From an uncultured Acidobacteriaceae bacterium (GTDB lineage Bacteria > Acidobacteriota > Terriglobia > Terriglobales > Acidobacteriaceae): 64,000 nt of DNA. Location of the stretch: contig CAVPDX010000001.1 in NCBI GenBank assembly GCA_963702775.1, positions 115,688 through 179,687 of the forward strand. The letters are read 5' to 3'. The notes under the pieces were generated by a model. The model saw only the letters and a program-made list of their open reading frames with translations. It did not search any database and was not told the DNA's origin. Position numbers and translations under genes: made by a program. Shown here piece by piece: positions 10,227 to 19,326 of this stretch. Numbering within the stretch: position 1 is the first letter of the stretch; each line of letters opens with the position of its first letter.

Positions 10227-11291
10227 TTAGTGCCGGCGGCGATTCTTCGCCGGCCTTGGCGTTGACTTCTGCTCGCCCGGAGCCAGCACCCGCCGCACGA
10301 TCGGCGAGTTCATCTTGTATTTGCGCTCGCTGACGTTGCCGTTATCGTCTTTCACCCGCAGGACGAAGACGGGCAGCGTGCCTTCCTTGCCAAAGTTCTC
10401 ATTCGTAACAGTAATCGGAAGCACGCCATCCAATCCATGTTCGCGGTAGGCAGTCTCGTAGCGGTGCTTGCGGACATTCCAGGTGAAAACGCGAATCTGA
10501 TCGTAGTCGTACGGCAGCCCGTCGTGCGGTTCGGTGATAGCGCATAGATACTGCGATACCTTCTTGCCCGTACCCTCTTTACCCGAATCCTCGACCTGAT
10601 TCAACACAAAGAAAGCAACGAAGCGCTGGCCTTCGGCATACTGCGCGACTTCGAGCGGAATATCCAGATCCACCATGCGGGCCAGCACCCAGCCCACGCG
10701 GTTCTGCTCATCGCGCACCAGCCACCAGTCCTCGAGTACCGGGCCAGAGGAGGTTTTCGCGCCGTGCACCGGCTTGGCTGGAGCCGCGCTGGCCTGCTTC
10801 TCAGCCGTGGCGCGTTTCAGGATGGAAACCTTCGCTCCCGACGAAAGCTGGTACAGATGCTCGGTCTCGCGGCCGGGTGTGAGGTGCAGGTTGGTATCGT
10901 TGCGCAGCACGCCGGGCGCTTGCACCGGATCGTTTAAGTTCTCCCGCGTCAGCTTTTGCAGACCGTCATAGGTTTCCTGGTTCACCAGGTAACGTTGCTC
11001 GATCCAGCCCTCGATGCCGCTTGCCGTGCGCACGCGGGAGAAGCGCTTCTCGTGCTCCAGCACCTCGACCCGATCTCCATTCTTTACCGTGCCGACGCGG
11101 TTGTAGATGGTGGCCACCTGATCGCGCAGCGTGGCCTGTACCGCCGATACGTAATTTACTTCCAGTACCCGGTGACCTTTGCGATTGCAGGCGGAAAGCG
11201 TGAGCAGGAAGACAGCGGCCTGCACGCATACAACGGCGGATCGAAAAAGATGCGATGGTTGAAACGATTTCACGATATTAGCGTCGTGCAC
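10227..11291 (-). CDS. SH3-domain lipoprotein
   Basis: Lipobox-like LTLSACN. Two bacterial SH3-like segments are present (GDRVEVLEHEKRFSRVRTASGIEGWIEQRYL; GAKVSILKR...WWLVRDEQNRVGWV). Confidence 0.75.
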   Translation of the reverse strand: MHDANIVKSFQPSHLFRSAVVCVQAAVFLLTLSACNRKGHRVLEVNYVSAVQATLRDQVATIYNRVGTVKNGDRVEVLEHEKRFSRVRTASGIEGWIEQRYLVNQETYDGLQKLTRENLNDPVQAPGVLRNDTNLHLTPGRETEHLYQLSSGAKVSILKRATAEKQASAAPAKPVHGAKTSSGPVLEDWWLVRDEQNRVGWVLARMVDLDIPLEVAQYAEGQRFVAFFVLNQVEDSGKEGTGKKVSQYLCAITEPHDGLPYDYDQIRVFTWNVRKHRYETAYREHGLDGVLPITVTNENFGKEGTLPVFVLRVKDDNGNVSERKYKMNSPIVRRVLAPGEQKSTPRPAKNRRRH

Positions 11292-11443
11292 TTCGCGACA
11301 CTTGCCCGGCGAGGTTCAGTTCCCACTATAGCGCGTTGCAACCTGGTTTCCCGGCACGAAGGTTGACGGAGAATGCACTCCGAAACCTGAATCGTAGGAT
11401 GATCGGATTAACCCTTCAACGTTGTTCAGTCTATAGTCGGCGA

Positions 11444-11905
11444 ATGCAGGATCGTTCTCGCTCCGGTAGCGGCAGGGAGCCGCTCGTCAGACTGCCTTAC
11501 GGGTTCACAGCCTTCGGCGTCTTTCTCTTTTTCGGCGCGTTGATGGCCGCCCTTGCCGCAACGACCCTGTCACGGCCGGGCACGGCTCTCGACCGTGTGT
11601 GGGCGCTCAATCCCGCCGCCTACAGTCAACTTGCGCCTCTCGGCAGATCCATGGGCGTTGCCTTCCTGATTCTCTGCATGGTTTTGGCGCTCGCCGGAGT
11701 GGGGTGGTTCCGTCGGCGGCTCTGGGGGTGGAGATTGGGCACTGTGATCATCGTCACTCAAGCGCTGGGAGACTTGGTCAATTGCCTCCGAGGAGACTTC
11801 CTACGCGGCGGTGTGGGCCTGACGATCGCCGGAGGATTGCTCGTATATCTTTGGCGGCCATATGTGCGGGCCATTTTTGATGGAAGCACAAAGCGAGCGT
11901 CATGA
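11444..11905 (+). CDS. small membrane protein
   Basis: The internal ATG (MQDRSRSG...) is preferred over the track start at 11336. Four hydrophobic segments are present. Confidence 0.55.
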   Translation: MQDRSRSGSGREPLVRLPYGFTAFGVFLFFGALMAALAATTLSRPGTALDRVWALNPAAYSQLAPLGRSMGVAFLILCMVLALAGVGWFRRRLWGWRLGTVIIVTQALGDLVNCLRGDFLRGGVGLTIAGGLLVYLWRPYVRAIFDGSTKRAS

Positions 11906-11943
11906 CACGGCGACGCCCCTTCAGTTACCATTAAGAATACGCC

Positions 11944-12561
11944 ATGAAAAACATATCCATGAATCGGATCGCCGTTCTGTCGCTTCTGGCTTTGGTATTC
12001 GCTGCGGGTTGGTGTGCGGCCGCGGATCAGTCTGTGAATGACGTGTTGCGCCCGCCCAAGGGTGCGCAGGTCGCCATCGTAGTATTCGAGGATTTGCAGT
12101 GTCCGCAATGCCGCCGTGTGGCGCCTATTCTCGAGCGGGCGTCGAAGGACTACAAAATTCCGCTCGTACGCCACGACTTCCCCCTCCCCATGCACAACTG
12201 GTCTTATAACGCAGCTGTGATAGCGCGCTACTTCGACGAGCCTTCGAAAGAGTTGGGCAATGAATTTCGCGACTATATCTTCGCGAACCAGTTCGAGATC
12301 AATCCGCAGAACCTGCAGAGCTATGCCGAGAAATTCGCCGCCGCACACAAAGTCGGTCTCCCCTTCGTGGTCGATCCGCAAGGCAAGCTCGCCGCCGAGG
12401 TGAATGCCGACCGCGACCTGGGCAAGGCCATCAACCTCAATCACACGCCCACCGTCTACGTGGTCAGCAGCCGACATCCCGACAAGCCTTATGTAGAGAT
12501 AGACCCGACGCGTATTGACAGCCAGCTCTACTTGACGATCGATGCGATGGAGAAGGAGTAG
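11944..12561 (+). CDS. DsbA-family thiol:disulfide oxidoreductase
   Basis: Signal peptide, CPQC active site, and thioredoxin-fold length. Confidence 0.85.
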   Translation: MKNISMNRIAVLSLLALVFAAGWCAAADQSVNDVLRPPKGAQVAIVVFEDLQCPQCRRVAPILERASKDYKIPLVRHDFPLPMHNWSYNAAVIARYFDEPSKELGNEFRDYIFANQFEINPQNLQSYAEKFAAAHKVGLPFVVDPQGKLAAEVNADRDLGKAINLNHTPTVYVVSSRHPDKPYVEIDPTRIDSQLYLTIDAMEKE

Positions 12562-12589
12562 TTCTCAGTTTCTGGTTCTCAGTTCTAAC
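12561..12589. repeat. heptad-periodic simple repeat (GTTCTCA GTTTCTG GTTCTCA GTTCTAA)
   Basis: Read directly. It starts at the last base of the dsbA-like stop codon and belongs to the same family as 19145-19222. Confidence 0.85.
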
Positions 12590-12610
12590 CCCTGGCGTTC
12601 GTGGCACTCG

Positions 12611-12980
12611 TAAGTTGTTGGGTTTTGGTGGAAGTCGTTGATTCTTTTTACCGGCTCCTAACCGGGCACCTTCATGTTGCTTCGCTCCCGGCTAAGTTGT
12701 TGATTCTTCGTGGAACCAGTTTCCGTAGCGAAAATCGAGTTCAACCCGCGCGCAGAATGCCCTTGTTTTGCGTTTAGGAGGCACTGGGGCGCGTTTCGTG
12801 TTCCCGGACGAGGTCAAAGCCCATCCCAGAAATTTCCACAGGCTAGAATCACCTCCAGCGCGGTAATTATCTCAGAGCTAATATGGAAAATTCGGCGCTG
12901 ACGAAGAATCAACGACTTACGATCCCATCACGAAGAATCAATCACTTACAACGCTCGTGCAAAGAATCAACGACTTGAAA
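12611..12980. repeat. array of six ~20-nt repeats (3 forward, 3 inverted) around a ~190-bp core
   Basis: Forward copies are AAGTCGTTGATTCTT-type at 12611-12630 (degenerate), 12631-12650 and 12692-12713. Reverse complements are at 12901-12920, 12929-12950 and 12959-12980. Confidence 0.85.
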
Positions 12981-13005
12981 CGGACGAAAACCAGCGATCG
13001 TTCCT

Positions 13006-13761
13006 CTACGGCAGAAGGTTCTCTTCCCACGTCTCAACGCCGGGCGGAACTATACCCTTGAGCAGGCCGGCGAAGGCTTCCAGCGTTTTGCGGGCGTCGC
13101 CGATCAGGTAATAAAACGCTTCCCAATTATCGCTGTCCTCGCCGTCGTGATTCGGAATGACGTGCTCGAAGTGCCACGCCTCCTGCAGTTCGCGATAGGC
13201 ACTGGAGGCACGCGTCTCAATGTTTTCCAGATCCGGAGCCGAGAGTTCGCCTTTTTGCCGGCGCGTGCGGCGCAAAAGCTTGCGGCGCATCACGTCGGTG
13301 ACGAACTCCTCGAGCGACAGGTTGCGCTCGGGCGCCTGCAGATACAGGATCTCCTCTCTCGAAAGCGGCGAGATGAAAATACTCAATCGCTTCGCACTGG
13401 CGAGGCGAGGATGAGTTTGCAAGGCGCGGCCCACAAATGGATTCCCTTCGAAGAAAACGTCGCCGCGTCGAAGTAGCGCTTCGAGCTCTTGAACATCCAG
13501 CGCTTGCAGGTCGCTGCGGACTTCCATGACGGCGTAGCGATCATTCTGCCGCAACGCTTCTACCTGCGCGCGCGTGCGGAAATGGTAGTCGACGCCATCG
13601 CGTTCGCCGGGACGCGGCGCGCGGCTGTTGACCAGCACCAGTTTGTGAAGCGAGTCGTGCAGTTGGGGATAAAACTTGCCTAACGCTTTGAAGAGTGGGC
13701 TCTTTCCCACGCACGACGGCCCGCTAACAATTACCACACGTCCAGTCTCGTCACGACCCAT
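13006..13761 (-). CDS. guanylate-kinase-family protein with C-terminal extension
   Basis: P-loop [14 protein letters not shown] followed by [17 protein letters not shown] (GMP-binding-like). At 251 aa it is longer than a canonical Gmk. Confidence 0.7.
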   Translation of the reverse strand: MGRDETGRVVIVSGPSCVGKSPLFKALGKFYPQLHDSLHKLVLVNSRAPRPGERDGVDYHFRTRAQVEALRQNDRYAVMEVRSDLQALDVQELEALLRRGDVFFEGNPFVGRALQTHPRLASAKRLSIFISPLSREEILYLQAPERNLSLEEFVTDVMRRKLLRRTRRQKGELSAPDLENIETRASSAYRELQEAWHFEHVIPNHDGEDSDNWEAFYYLIGDARKTLEAFAGLLKGIVPPGVETWEENLLP

Positions 13762-13777
13762 GGTTCAACACCTGCAA

Positions 13778-14275
13778 TTAAGCTGCCTGCCGCGGATAAC
13801 CACCAGTGATCTTGCGGATAAACCCGTGAAAGCGATGGATGCCCGCAGCGCCCGGCAGAAACATGTACGGACACTCGCCCGGAACCACCTTTAGCCCGCG
13901 CTGGCGGCAGAACTCGACTGCTCTTGCGCTCACTGCGCCTTTGCCGGCAGCCCTGTACATCCAAATCCGTGGTATGTGCGCCTCGGCGCAGTCGTTCACA
14001 ACTGCCTCGGTTTCGTTTGGCGCAGTCATCAGCAAGGCTGCATCCACCGGAGGCTGAATGTCTTGCACGCGGGCAAAGCAGCGGCGTCCCTTGACTTCCG
14101 CGACGTTGGGATTCACCGGAACAACGTCATATCCGCGACGGCAGAGTTCATCGAACAGCGCTACGCTGAAACTGGCAGGATCTCGCGACACGCCTGCCAT
14201 GGCAATCCGTTTCTGGGCCAGGAAATCCTCGATGGTTTCGAGGGATGCTTTGAGCGCTGGATGTCGAGCGGCCAT
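13778..14275 (-). CDS. CoA-binding-domain protein
   Basis: IAMAGVSRDPASFS...GYDVVPVNP matches the CoA-binding (YccU-like) fold. Confidence 0.75.
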   Translation of the reverse strand: MAARHPALKASLETIEDFLAQKRIAMAGVSRDPASFSVALFDELCRRGYDVVPVNPNVAEVKGRRCFARVQDIQPPVDAALLMTAPNETEAVVNDCAEAHIPRIWMYRAAGKGAVSARAVEFCRQRGLKVVPGECPYMFLPGAAGIHRFHGFIRKITGGYPRQAA

Positions 14276-14370
14276 ACTACCTCCCCGCCCGAAGGCAAAT
14301 GCGTGATGGCTCCGAGCGCCTACATTTTTATACGCGCGCCGGGCAAATGTCAGTGATCAGGAACACGAGA

Positions 14371-15435
14371 TTAATCGCCGAATCCGATGCCGATGGCGCG
14401 GGCGGTGCGCACCAGTTCGCCTTTCGGATCGACGGATTTGAGGTGGCCGATGGCGTGGGCCACATCCACAGAGACGATGCTGCCGCCGCGCAGCGCGACC
14501 ATCTTTCCGAATCCGCCTTCGGCAATCAGTTCGACCGCGGCAACGCCGAAGCGGGTAGCCAGGACGCGGTCAAACGGAGAAGGCGAACCGCCGCGCTGAA
14601 TATGCCCCAGCACGCTCACACGTACCTCTTTGTTCGAGAACAGCCCAATGGCGTCGCCGATGGTGTTGCCCACGGGCCATCCGCGCGCCATTTGCTTGAG
14701 TTCGTGCGGCAGTTTGATGCCCTCGGCGACGACCACGATGGTGAAATGTTTGCCGATGCGCTCGCGCACCGCAATGTATTCGCACACGCCCTTGATCGTA
14801 AAGGGGATTTCGGGGATGAGGATAATGTGGGCGCCGCCGGCAATGCCGGCTGCCAGCGCGATCCAGCCGCAGTCGCGGCCCATGACCTCGACCACAATTA
14901 CGCGATGGTGCGAAGCCGCAGTGGTGTGAATCTTGTCGACGGCATCGGTCACGGTGTGAATCGCCGTGTCGAAGCCGAATGTCACCTCGGTGGCGGAAAG
15001 ATCGTTATCGATCGTCTTGGGGACGCCGACGATCTTCAGCCCCTTCTGAAAAAGTTCGTTACCGATCTTCTGCGATCCATCGCCGCCGATGGTAATGATG
15101 GCGTCGATGCCCAGCTTGGCGGCGTTCGCGATTACCTGGTCCGATATATCGCGCGAAACTTCCTCGCCGTTCTCGACGCTTTTATAGTGAAACGGATCGC
15201 CACGGTTCGTAGTTCCGAGGATCGTTCCGCCACGGGGCAGGATGCCAGAGATTTCCTTGAGGGTGAGTTCGAAAGACTTCTCCGGCCAGATGAGGCCGTC
15301 AAAGCCGTCGGGGATGCCGATGACCTTCCATCCGTATTTGAGGATCGCAGCTTTAGTGGCGGCGCGGATGACGGCATTGAGGCCGGGAGCGTCTCCGCCT
15401 CCGGTGGCGATACCGATACAGCGAATGTCAGACAT
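14371..15435 (-). CDS. pfkA: ATP-dependent 6-phosphofructokinase
   Basis: IGIATGGGDAPGLNAVIRA, GGDGS, PKTIDND and MGR motifs. The ATG at 15435 (MSDIRCIGI) is preferred over the track start at 15477. Confidence 0.9.
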   Translation of the reverse strand: MSDIRCIGIATGGGDAPGLNAVIRAATKAAILKYGWKVIGIPDGFDGLIWPEKSFELTLKEISGILPRGGTILGTTNRGDPFHYKSVENGEEVSRDISDQVIANAAKLGIDAIITIGGDGSQKIGNELFQKGLKIVGVPKTIDNDLSATEVTFGFDTAIHTVTDAVDKIHTTAASHHRVIVVEVMGRDCGWIALAAGIAGGAHIILIPEIPFTIKGVCEYIAVRERIGKHFTIVVVAEGIKLPHELKQMARGWPVGNTIGDAIGLFSNKEVRVSVLGHIQRGGSPSPFDRVLATRFGVAAVELIAEGGFGKMVALRGGSIVSVDVAHAIGHLKSVDPKGELVRTARAIGIGFGD

Positions 15436-15698
15436 AGAAAACCGTCGTAGTCGTTTCGTCGTTGGCTGGCCGGTCATCGGTCGTCGGCTTAGACCGCCGC
15501 CTTTACGATCATACTGTGACTTTGAGGGATGGCAACTTACGAGTGGTCGTGGATAGAACGGCCTTCAAGTTCACCAGTAGAGTTAGACTCGATGGCCGAC
15601 GTGGATTCACGAGGATTCTGAGGACTGAGCGTCGTCCAGGCCAAGGTCGGCTCTCACCTGTGACGGATGAACATTGGCTTATGAGGAAAAGTCAAAGG

Positions 15699-15731
15699 CC
15701 CCACTTCTCGCAAAGAACGCGAGAAATGGAG
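15699..15731. repeat. REP-like hairpin (TTCTCGC-N7-GCGAGAA), same family as hairpins inside the 61.0-61.6 kb array
   Basis: Read directly as CCCCACTTCTCGCAAAGAACGCGAGAAATGGAGG. Confidence 0.7.
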
Positions 15732-15899
15732 GCACCCACAGTCGTGATGCGATTGCGAGGCGCGAGCCACCCGCCGGTTGCGAGAGGCGGCACTATTACC
15801 CCGTTCGGATTTCGTAACAGGGGACCGGAGTCCTTCAATTTCCACACGTTTAGGTTCTAGCGTGGGGGCGCAGCTCAATCCAAACATTGGAGAACATCG

Positions 15900-16370
15900 A
15901 TGCCTAAGAAAGTAGTTGCTATGCTTACTCTCCTTGCGCTCGTCACCTGCCTTGGCGGACTCGCCCAGCCCCTCTCGGCGGCCACCACAACTGTGACCGG
16001 GTCCCTGGTTTTTAACTTCACCTTTAACCTCAAGTCGAGCGAGCCGAACAACGTCTTCCCTTGCATGGCCACAGCGGTGGTCAGCGACACGGGGAGCGGA
16101 GCCGTCATCACGGAAAACGCCTCTTCGATAGGGAATACCGACAAAAACGGGTCGGTTTGCACCGTCACGATAAACTACTCCTGGAATCTCGCCTCGGCCG
16201 GCACGGACAAGATCGTAATGTCGTACGTCGCCTCGAGTAACCCATCTGGCACCAGCCTTTGCGGCTCCAGCACGGAGGACTGCAGAACCTCCCAAGTTCA
16301 AAACTTCATTACCATTAGCGTTCCCGCCAACGGGACGATTACGACCGAGAACGTCACCGTGACGCTCTAG
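15900..16370 (+). CDS. secreted hypothetical protein
   Basis: Signal peptide MPKKVVAMLTLLALVTCLGGLAQPLSA. The mature part is Thr/Ser/Asn-rich. Confidence 0.6.
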   Translation: MPKKVVAMLTLLALVTCLGGLAQPLSAATTTVTGSLVFNFTFNLKSSEPNNVFPCMATAVVSDTGSGAVITENASSIGNTDKNGSVCTVTINYSWNLASAGTDKIVMSYVASSNPSGTSLCGSSTEDCRTSQVQNFITISVPANGTITTENVTVTL

Positions 16371-16523
16371 AGCTATCACGGCCCGGGCGACCCGTGGGAG
16401 ACCGGCCTACGGGCTCTCCACGACTAACGCTGCCCCTCTCGCCGTGGTTTTCGGCGAGTGGGGCAACCTTGACCGGAATCCAGGTGCGGCCGGGGCCAGC
16501 CCTTGGGGACACCACCGCCGCTG

Positions 16524-17288
16524 CTAGGGCGAGACGTTCAACGTTGAATAGACGATGGCAGTGCCGGTATACCCGGTATATGTAACCACCATATAGTACG
16601 TCTCGGACATGGTGAGGCCCTCAGCGGCCGTGCATTGCTGGACGGGGTTCCCGTTTGAGTCTGTTGCGGCAACACAGTTGACTTCTCCAGTCGTAATCGG
16701 TGTTCCGAGTGGTTGTTCTGTGGTGAGCGTGACGAGGGCAGAAATGTTCTGCGATCCGGACTGCGTCGTCCCCATGATCGTGAAGTTCTGCGTTTCAGTG
16801 CCATTGGCGGTAAGGCCCGCCGAGATCGGCGTTATGGTCATCGAAGTGACGACTTCGGCCGCGGTCGCCGTTGTAGTGGCAGTAACGGAGCCTGAGGCTG
16901 CCGTGATGGTTGTCGTTCCTGCTGAAAGCCCCGTCAGCACGCCGCCTGTAGTGATGGATGCCACGGTCGGATCCGAACTGGACCAGCAGACGGTGCTCCC
17001 CGTGCAGCTTGTGCCCGCGCTGAGCGTCCCCGTGCTGCCATCGCTGTAAGTGGCTGCCGCGACCATTTGCTGCGTGGCCGCGCCGGGCCCGAAGGCCACG
17101 GTTGGATTGGGTGGATCAATTGTGATGCTTGAGACCGTCGGGTTCTGGAAAAAACCCGTGCAGCTTACGGCCAGAGTCAACGTTGCCAGCGCGGCGAACG
17201 CGCCCGCCAGGCGCAGCTTAGTTTTCGTCGACGACATAGATCCGAGACTCCTTGGCGCGCTCGCCTGGCTTGATCCCTGTTTGGTCAT
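16524..17288 (-). CDS. Big_2 (bacterial Ig-like) domain lipoprotein
   Basis: ATG at 17288 (MTKQGSS...), lipobox LAVSCTG, and the Big_2 signature VCWSSSDPTVASITTGGVLTGLSAGTTTITA. The upstream 85 codons of the track ORF look non-coding. Confidence 0.7.
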   Translation of the reverse strand: MTKQGSSQASAPRSLGSMSSTKTKLRLAGAFAALATLTLAVSCTGFFQNPTVSSITIDPPNPTVAFGPGAATQQMVAAATYSDGSTGTLSAGTSCTGSTVCWSSSDPTVASITTGGVLTGLSAGTTTITAASGSVTATTTATAAEVVTSMTITPISAGLTANGTETQNFTIMGTTQSGSQNISALVTLTTEQPLGTPITTGEVNCVAATDSNGNPVQQCTAAEGLTMSETYYMVVTYTGYTGTAIVYSTLNVSP

Positions 17289-17570
17289 GCTCTTAACTAA
17301 CTTGCCCTGAACTATCTGCGGACGCGCGGGAGACGCTTCCCGCTGCGTCTCTCGTGTGCAATCAGGATACGACTTCAGCGCAGCCACGGTTGTAAAAAAT
17401 TGTAGCAGAGAAGATTCCGCGCCGAGCGCGTAACTGCACTTCCGTGCAGGGACGGAACCAGCGCGGCTAACGCCGCTTCTGGATAGGAACGCCCGAGAGC
17501 CGGGGAACTTGCAAAGAAAAAGGGCCAGTGCTGGACTCAGCACTGGCCATGTGCCTACGCACTTATCAGT

Positions 17571-18962
17571 TCATTTTCCCTTGTGCTCCTTGGGTGCGCT
17601 CTCGTGCTTAGGCGGAGCGCTCTGCTTTTGCGGCTTGGGCGCGCTCGGCCTGGGCGCACTCTGTCTCGGGGCGCTGGCCCTTGGCGCCGGACGCGCCGTG
17701 TTCTGCGCATGCTGCTCACCCGTCGGATGGGTATTCGCTGCATGTGCAGGAGCCTTGGCCTTTGGTTCTCTCGCTGGGGCCTTCGCCTCGCGCGCCGGAG
17801 CCTTAGCTTTCGGTTCGGTTGCCGGACGGGCCTTCGTCTCACGCGTTGGAGCCTTAGCCTTTGGTTCGTTTGCTGGACGGGCCTTCGTCTCACGCGTCGG
17901 AGCCTTAGCCTTCGGTTCGTTGGCTGGACGGGCCTTGGTCTCACGCGTTGGAGCCTTAGCCTTCGGTTCGGTTGCCGGACGGGCCTTCGTCTCACGCGTT
18001 GGAGCCTTAGCCTTTGGTTCGTTTGCTGGACGGGCCTTCGTCTCACGCGTCGGAGCCTTAGCCTTAGGTTCGTTGGCTGGGCGGGCCTTCGTTTCGCGGG
18101 CCGGAGCGGACGGGCGAGTGTTGGCCTTCTTCGAAGCTTCGTTCGAAGCTTTCGCACGATTCCGGGCGGGCACCGATGCGCGCGCTTCCTTAGGCGACAT
18201 GGCCGGGGCATGATATGGGGCTCCGGCCTTGGCAGCTACCACGCCCTTGCCTTTAAATTCGCCGGGCTTGGCCGTGGCAGCCACTGCGGGCGCGCCATGA
18301 TTCACCGAAGCGAACAACTGACGGTTGTGGCTCGCCGCAGTTCGCTGCTGAACCTGCGCTGCGACCGGACGAGTGTGCTTCTCGCGCCCATAAGCTTCTT
18401 GTTGCGCGGTGGGGCGGGCCTGCACTCCGCCTTCGCCGCCGTTAAAGGCAACGTGCGATTCGTTGTTCACGATCACAGTCCGGTTCACGTAGACATTGGT
18501 GATGCGAGTTTCATCCACGTGCATTACAGCGGTGTTGTAGAAGAAAGCTCCGCCGCGCCACTCGCCGCCATAGAAGCCTTCGCCGCCGTAGCCGAAGCCA
18601 TAGTTAATGCCGCCGTAGAAACCGATGTGCGGCCCCCAGTATCCGGCATTCCAAACGTAAACGCCGTCGTTCCAGCCCCAGTAACCGGGCGTCCACAACA
18701 TGCCCACGGGGGCGACGACCCATGTGCCGGGCACCCAGTAGTAGCCGGCATCGTCGCTCCAGGCCCAGTAGCCGGGAGTCCACAGGTAGCCGGGACCGGG
18801 GCAGAGCGGCTGCTCGTAAACCGGCAGCGCGGGCGGACCGATGCGAACTGAAATGCCGATGCCGATCCCGATCTGCGCGGCAGAAGTTGATGGGAGAGCT
18901 GCGGGAATAACCAGCAGCAGAAGTGCAAAAGCCATGAGACGAAATGAAGAGTGAAGTTTCAT
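17571..18962 (-). CDS. YXWGXW-repeat secreted protein with Lys/Pro/Ala-rich tandem-repeat tail
   Basis: Signal peptide, then PGYLWTPGYWAWSDDAGYYWVPGTWV...WTPGYWGWNDGVYVWNAGYWGP. The C-terminal half contains (RETKARPA[NT]EPKAKAPT)n. Confidence 0.85.
   Translation of the reverse strand: MKLHSSFRLMAFALLLLVIPAALPSTSAAQIGIGIGISVRIGPPALPVYEQPLCPGPGYLWTPGYWAWSDDAGYYWVPGTWVVAPVGMLWTPGYWGWNDGVYVWNAGYWGPHIGFYGGINYGFGYGGEGFYGGEWRGGAFFYNTAVMHVDETRITNVYVNRTVIVNNESHVAFNGGEGGVQARPTAQQEAYGREKHTRPVAAQVQQRTAASHNRQLFASVNHGAPAVAATAKPGEFKGKGVVAAKAGAPYHAPAMSPKEARASVPARNRAKASNEASKKANTRPSAPARETKARPANEPKAKAPTRETKARPANEPKAKAPTRETKARPATEPKAKAPTRETKARPANEPKAKAPTRETKARPANEPKAKAPTRETKARPATEPKAKAPAREAKAPAREPKAKAPAHAANTHPTGEQHAQNTARPAPRASAPRQSAPRPSAPKPQKQSAPPKHESAPKEHKGK
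17797..18102. repeat. 6 x 51-bp in-frame tandem repeat organised as 2 x 153 bp
   Basis: Units start at 17797, 17848, 17899, 17950, 18001 and 18052. Unit 2 equals unit 5 exactly, and unit 1 differs from unit 4 by 1 nt. Confidence 0.9.
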
Positions 18963-19144
18963 CGTGTTTTCCTCGTGCCTGACGGCTTGCCTTGAAAGAG
19001 GCAGCGACAGTCAGGCGAATTTGGCTTACTTTGTGGTGCGAAATCGTCCGCAACAGTTGTTCAGCCTGAAAAGCCTTCTTTATAGATGAAACACCTCAGG
19101 TGGGAGTATGTTGCTAGGCAAAGAAGTGGTTTGGAATGTGGAAG

Positions 19145-19222
19145 TTTCTCAGTTCTCAGTTCTCGGTTCTCGGTTCCCAGTTCCCAGTTCCCAGTTCCCA
19201 GTTCCCAGTTCCCAGTTCCCAG
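19145..19222. repeat. 11 x 7-nt tandem repeat (AGTTCTC/GGTTCTC/AGTTCCC)
   Basis: Read directly. Confidence 0.9.
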
Positions 19223-19304
19223 AAAAGGCAGCACCCGTAGGGGAAGGGTTGTCAATGGTTCTCGGAAGTGGAAATAAAGTTTACGCAGTTGGGGGTTGGT
19301 TTCG

Positions 19305-19326
19305 CTGAGAACTGGGAACTGAGAAC
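19305..19326. repeat. inverted copy (3 units) of the heptamer repeat
   Basis: CTGAGAACTGGGAACTGAGAAC is the reverse complement of GTTCTCAGTTCCCAGTTCTCAG. It abuts the stop codon at 19326-19328. Confidence 0.85.

Noticed and set aside
12611-12980. CRISPR array or replication-origin iterons
   Set aside because: The repeats are about 20 nt, occur in both orientations, and have irregular spacing on the left side. No cas genes, DnaA boxes (TTATCCACA) or dnaA/dnaN neighbourhood are present.
14299-15450. Long antisense ORFs opposite real genes
   Set aside because: Each lies entirely opposite a gene with clear family motifs and gives an Arg/Ala/Gly-rich, motif-free translation, as is typical of high-GC antisense frames. 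The group also includes 11758..12477, 19871..20605, 23060..23908, 24034..24996, 31223..32311, 33213..34433 and 40968..42083.
15654-16379. 241-aa minus-strand ORF
   Set aside because: It is antisense to the signal-peptide-bearing ORF 15900..16370 and crosses a REP hairpin. Its composition is typical of a non-coding frame.
17509-18851. Alternative-frame ORFs across the 51-bp repeat region (17509..18213, 17583..18851 plus strand; 17555..18211 minus strand)
   Set aside because: Their repetitive GSLAGRAFVSRVGALAF / RLRLRRVRRRP translations are frame artefacts of the tandem repeat. The 463-aa frame has a signal peptide and the YXWGXW domain.
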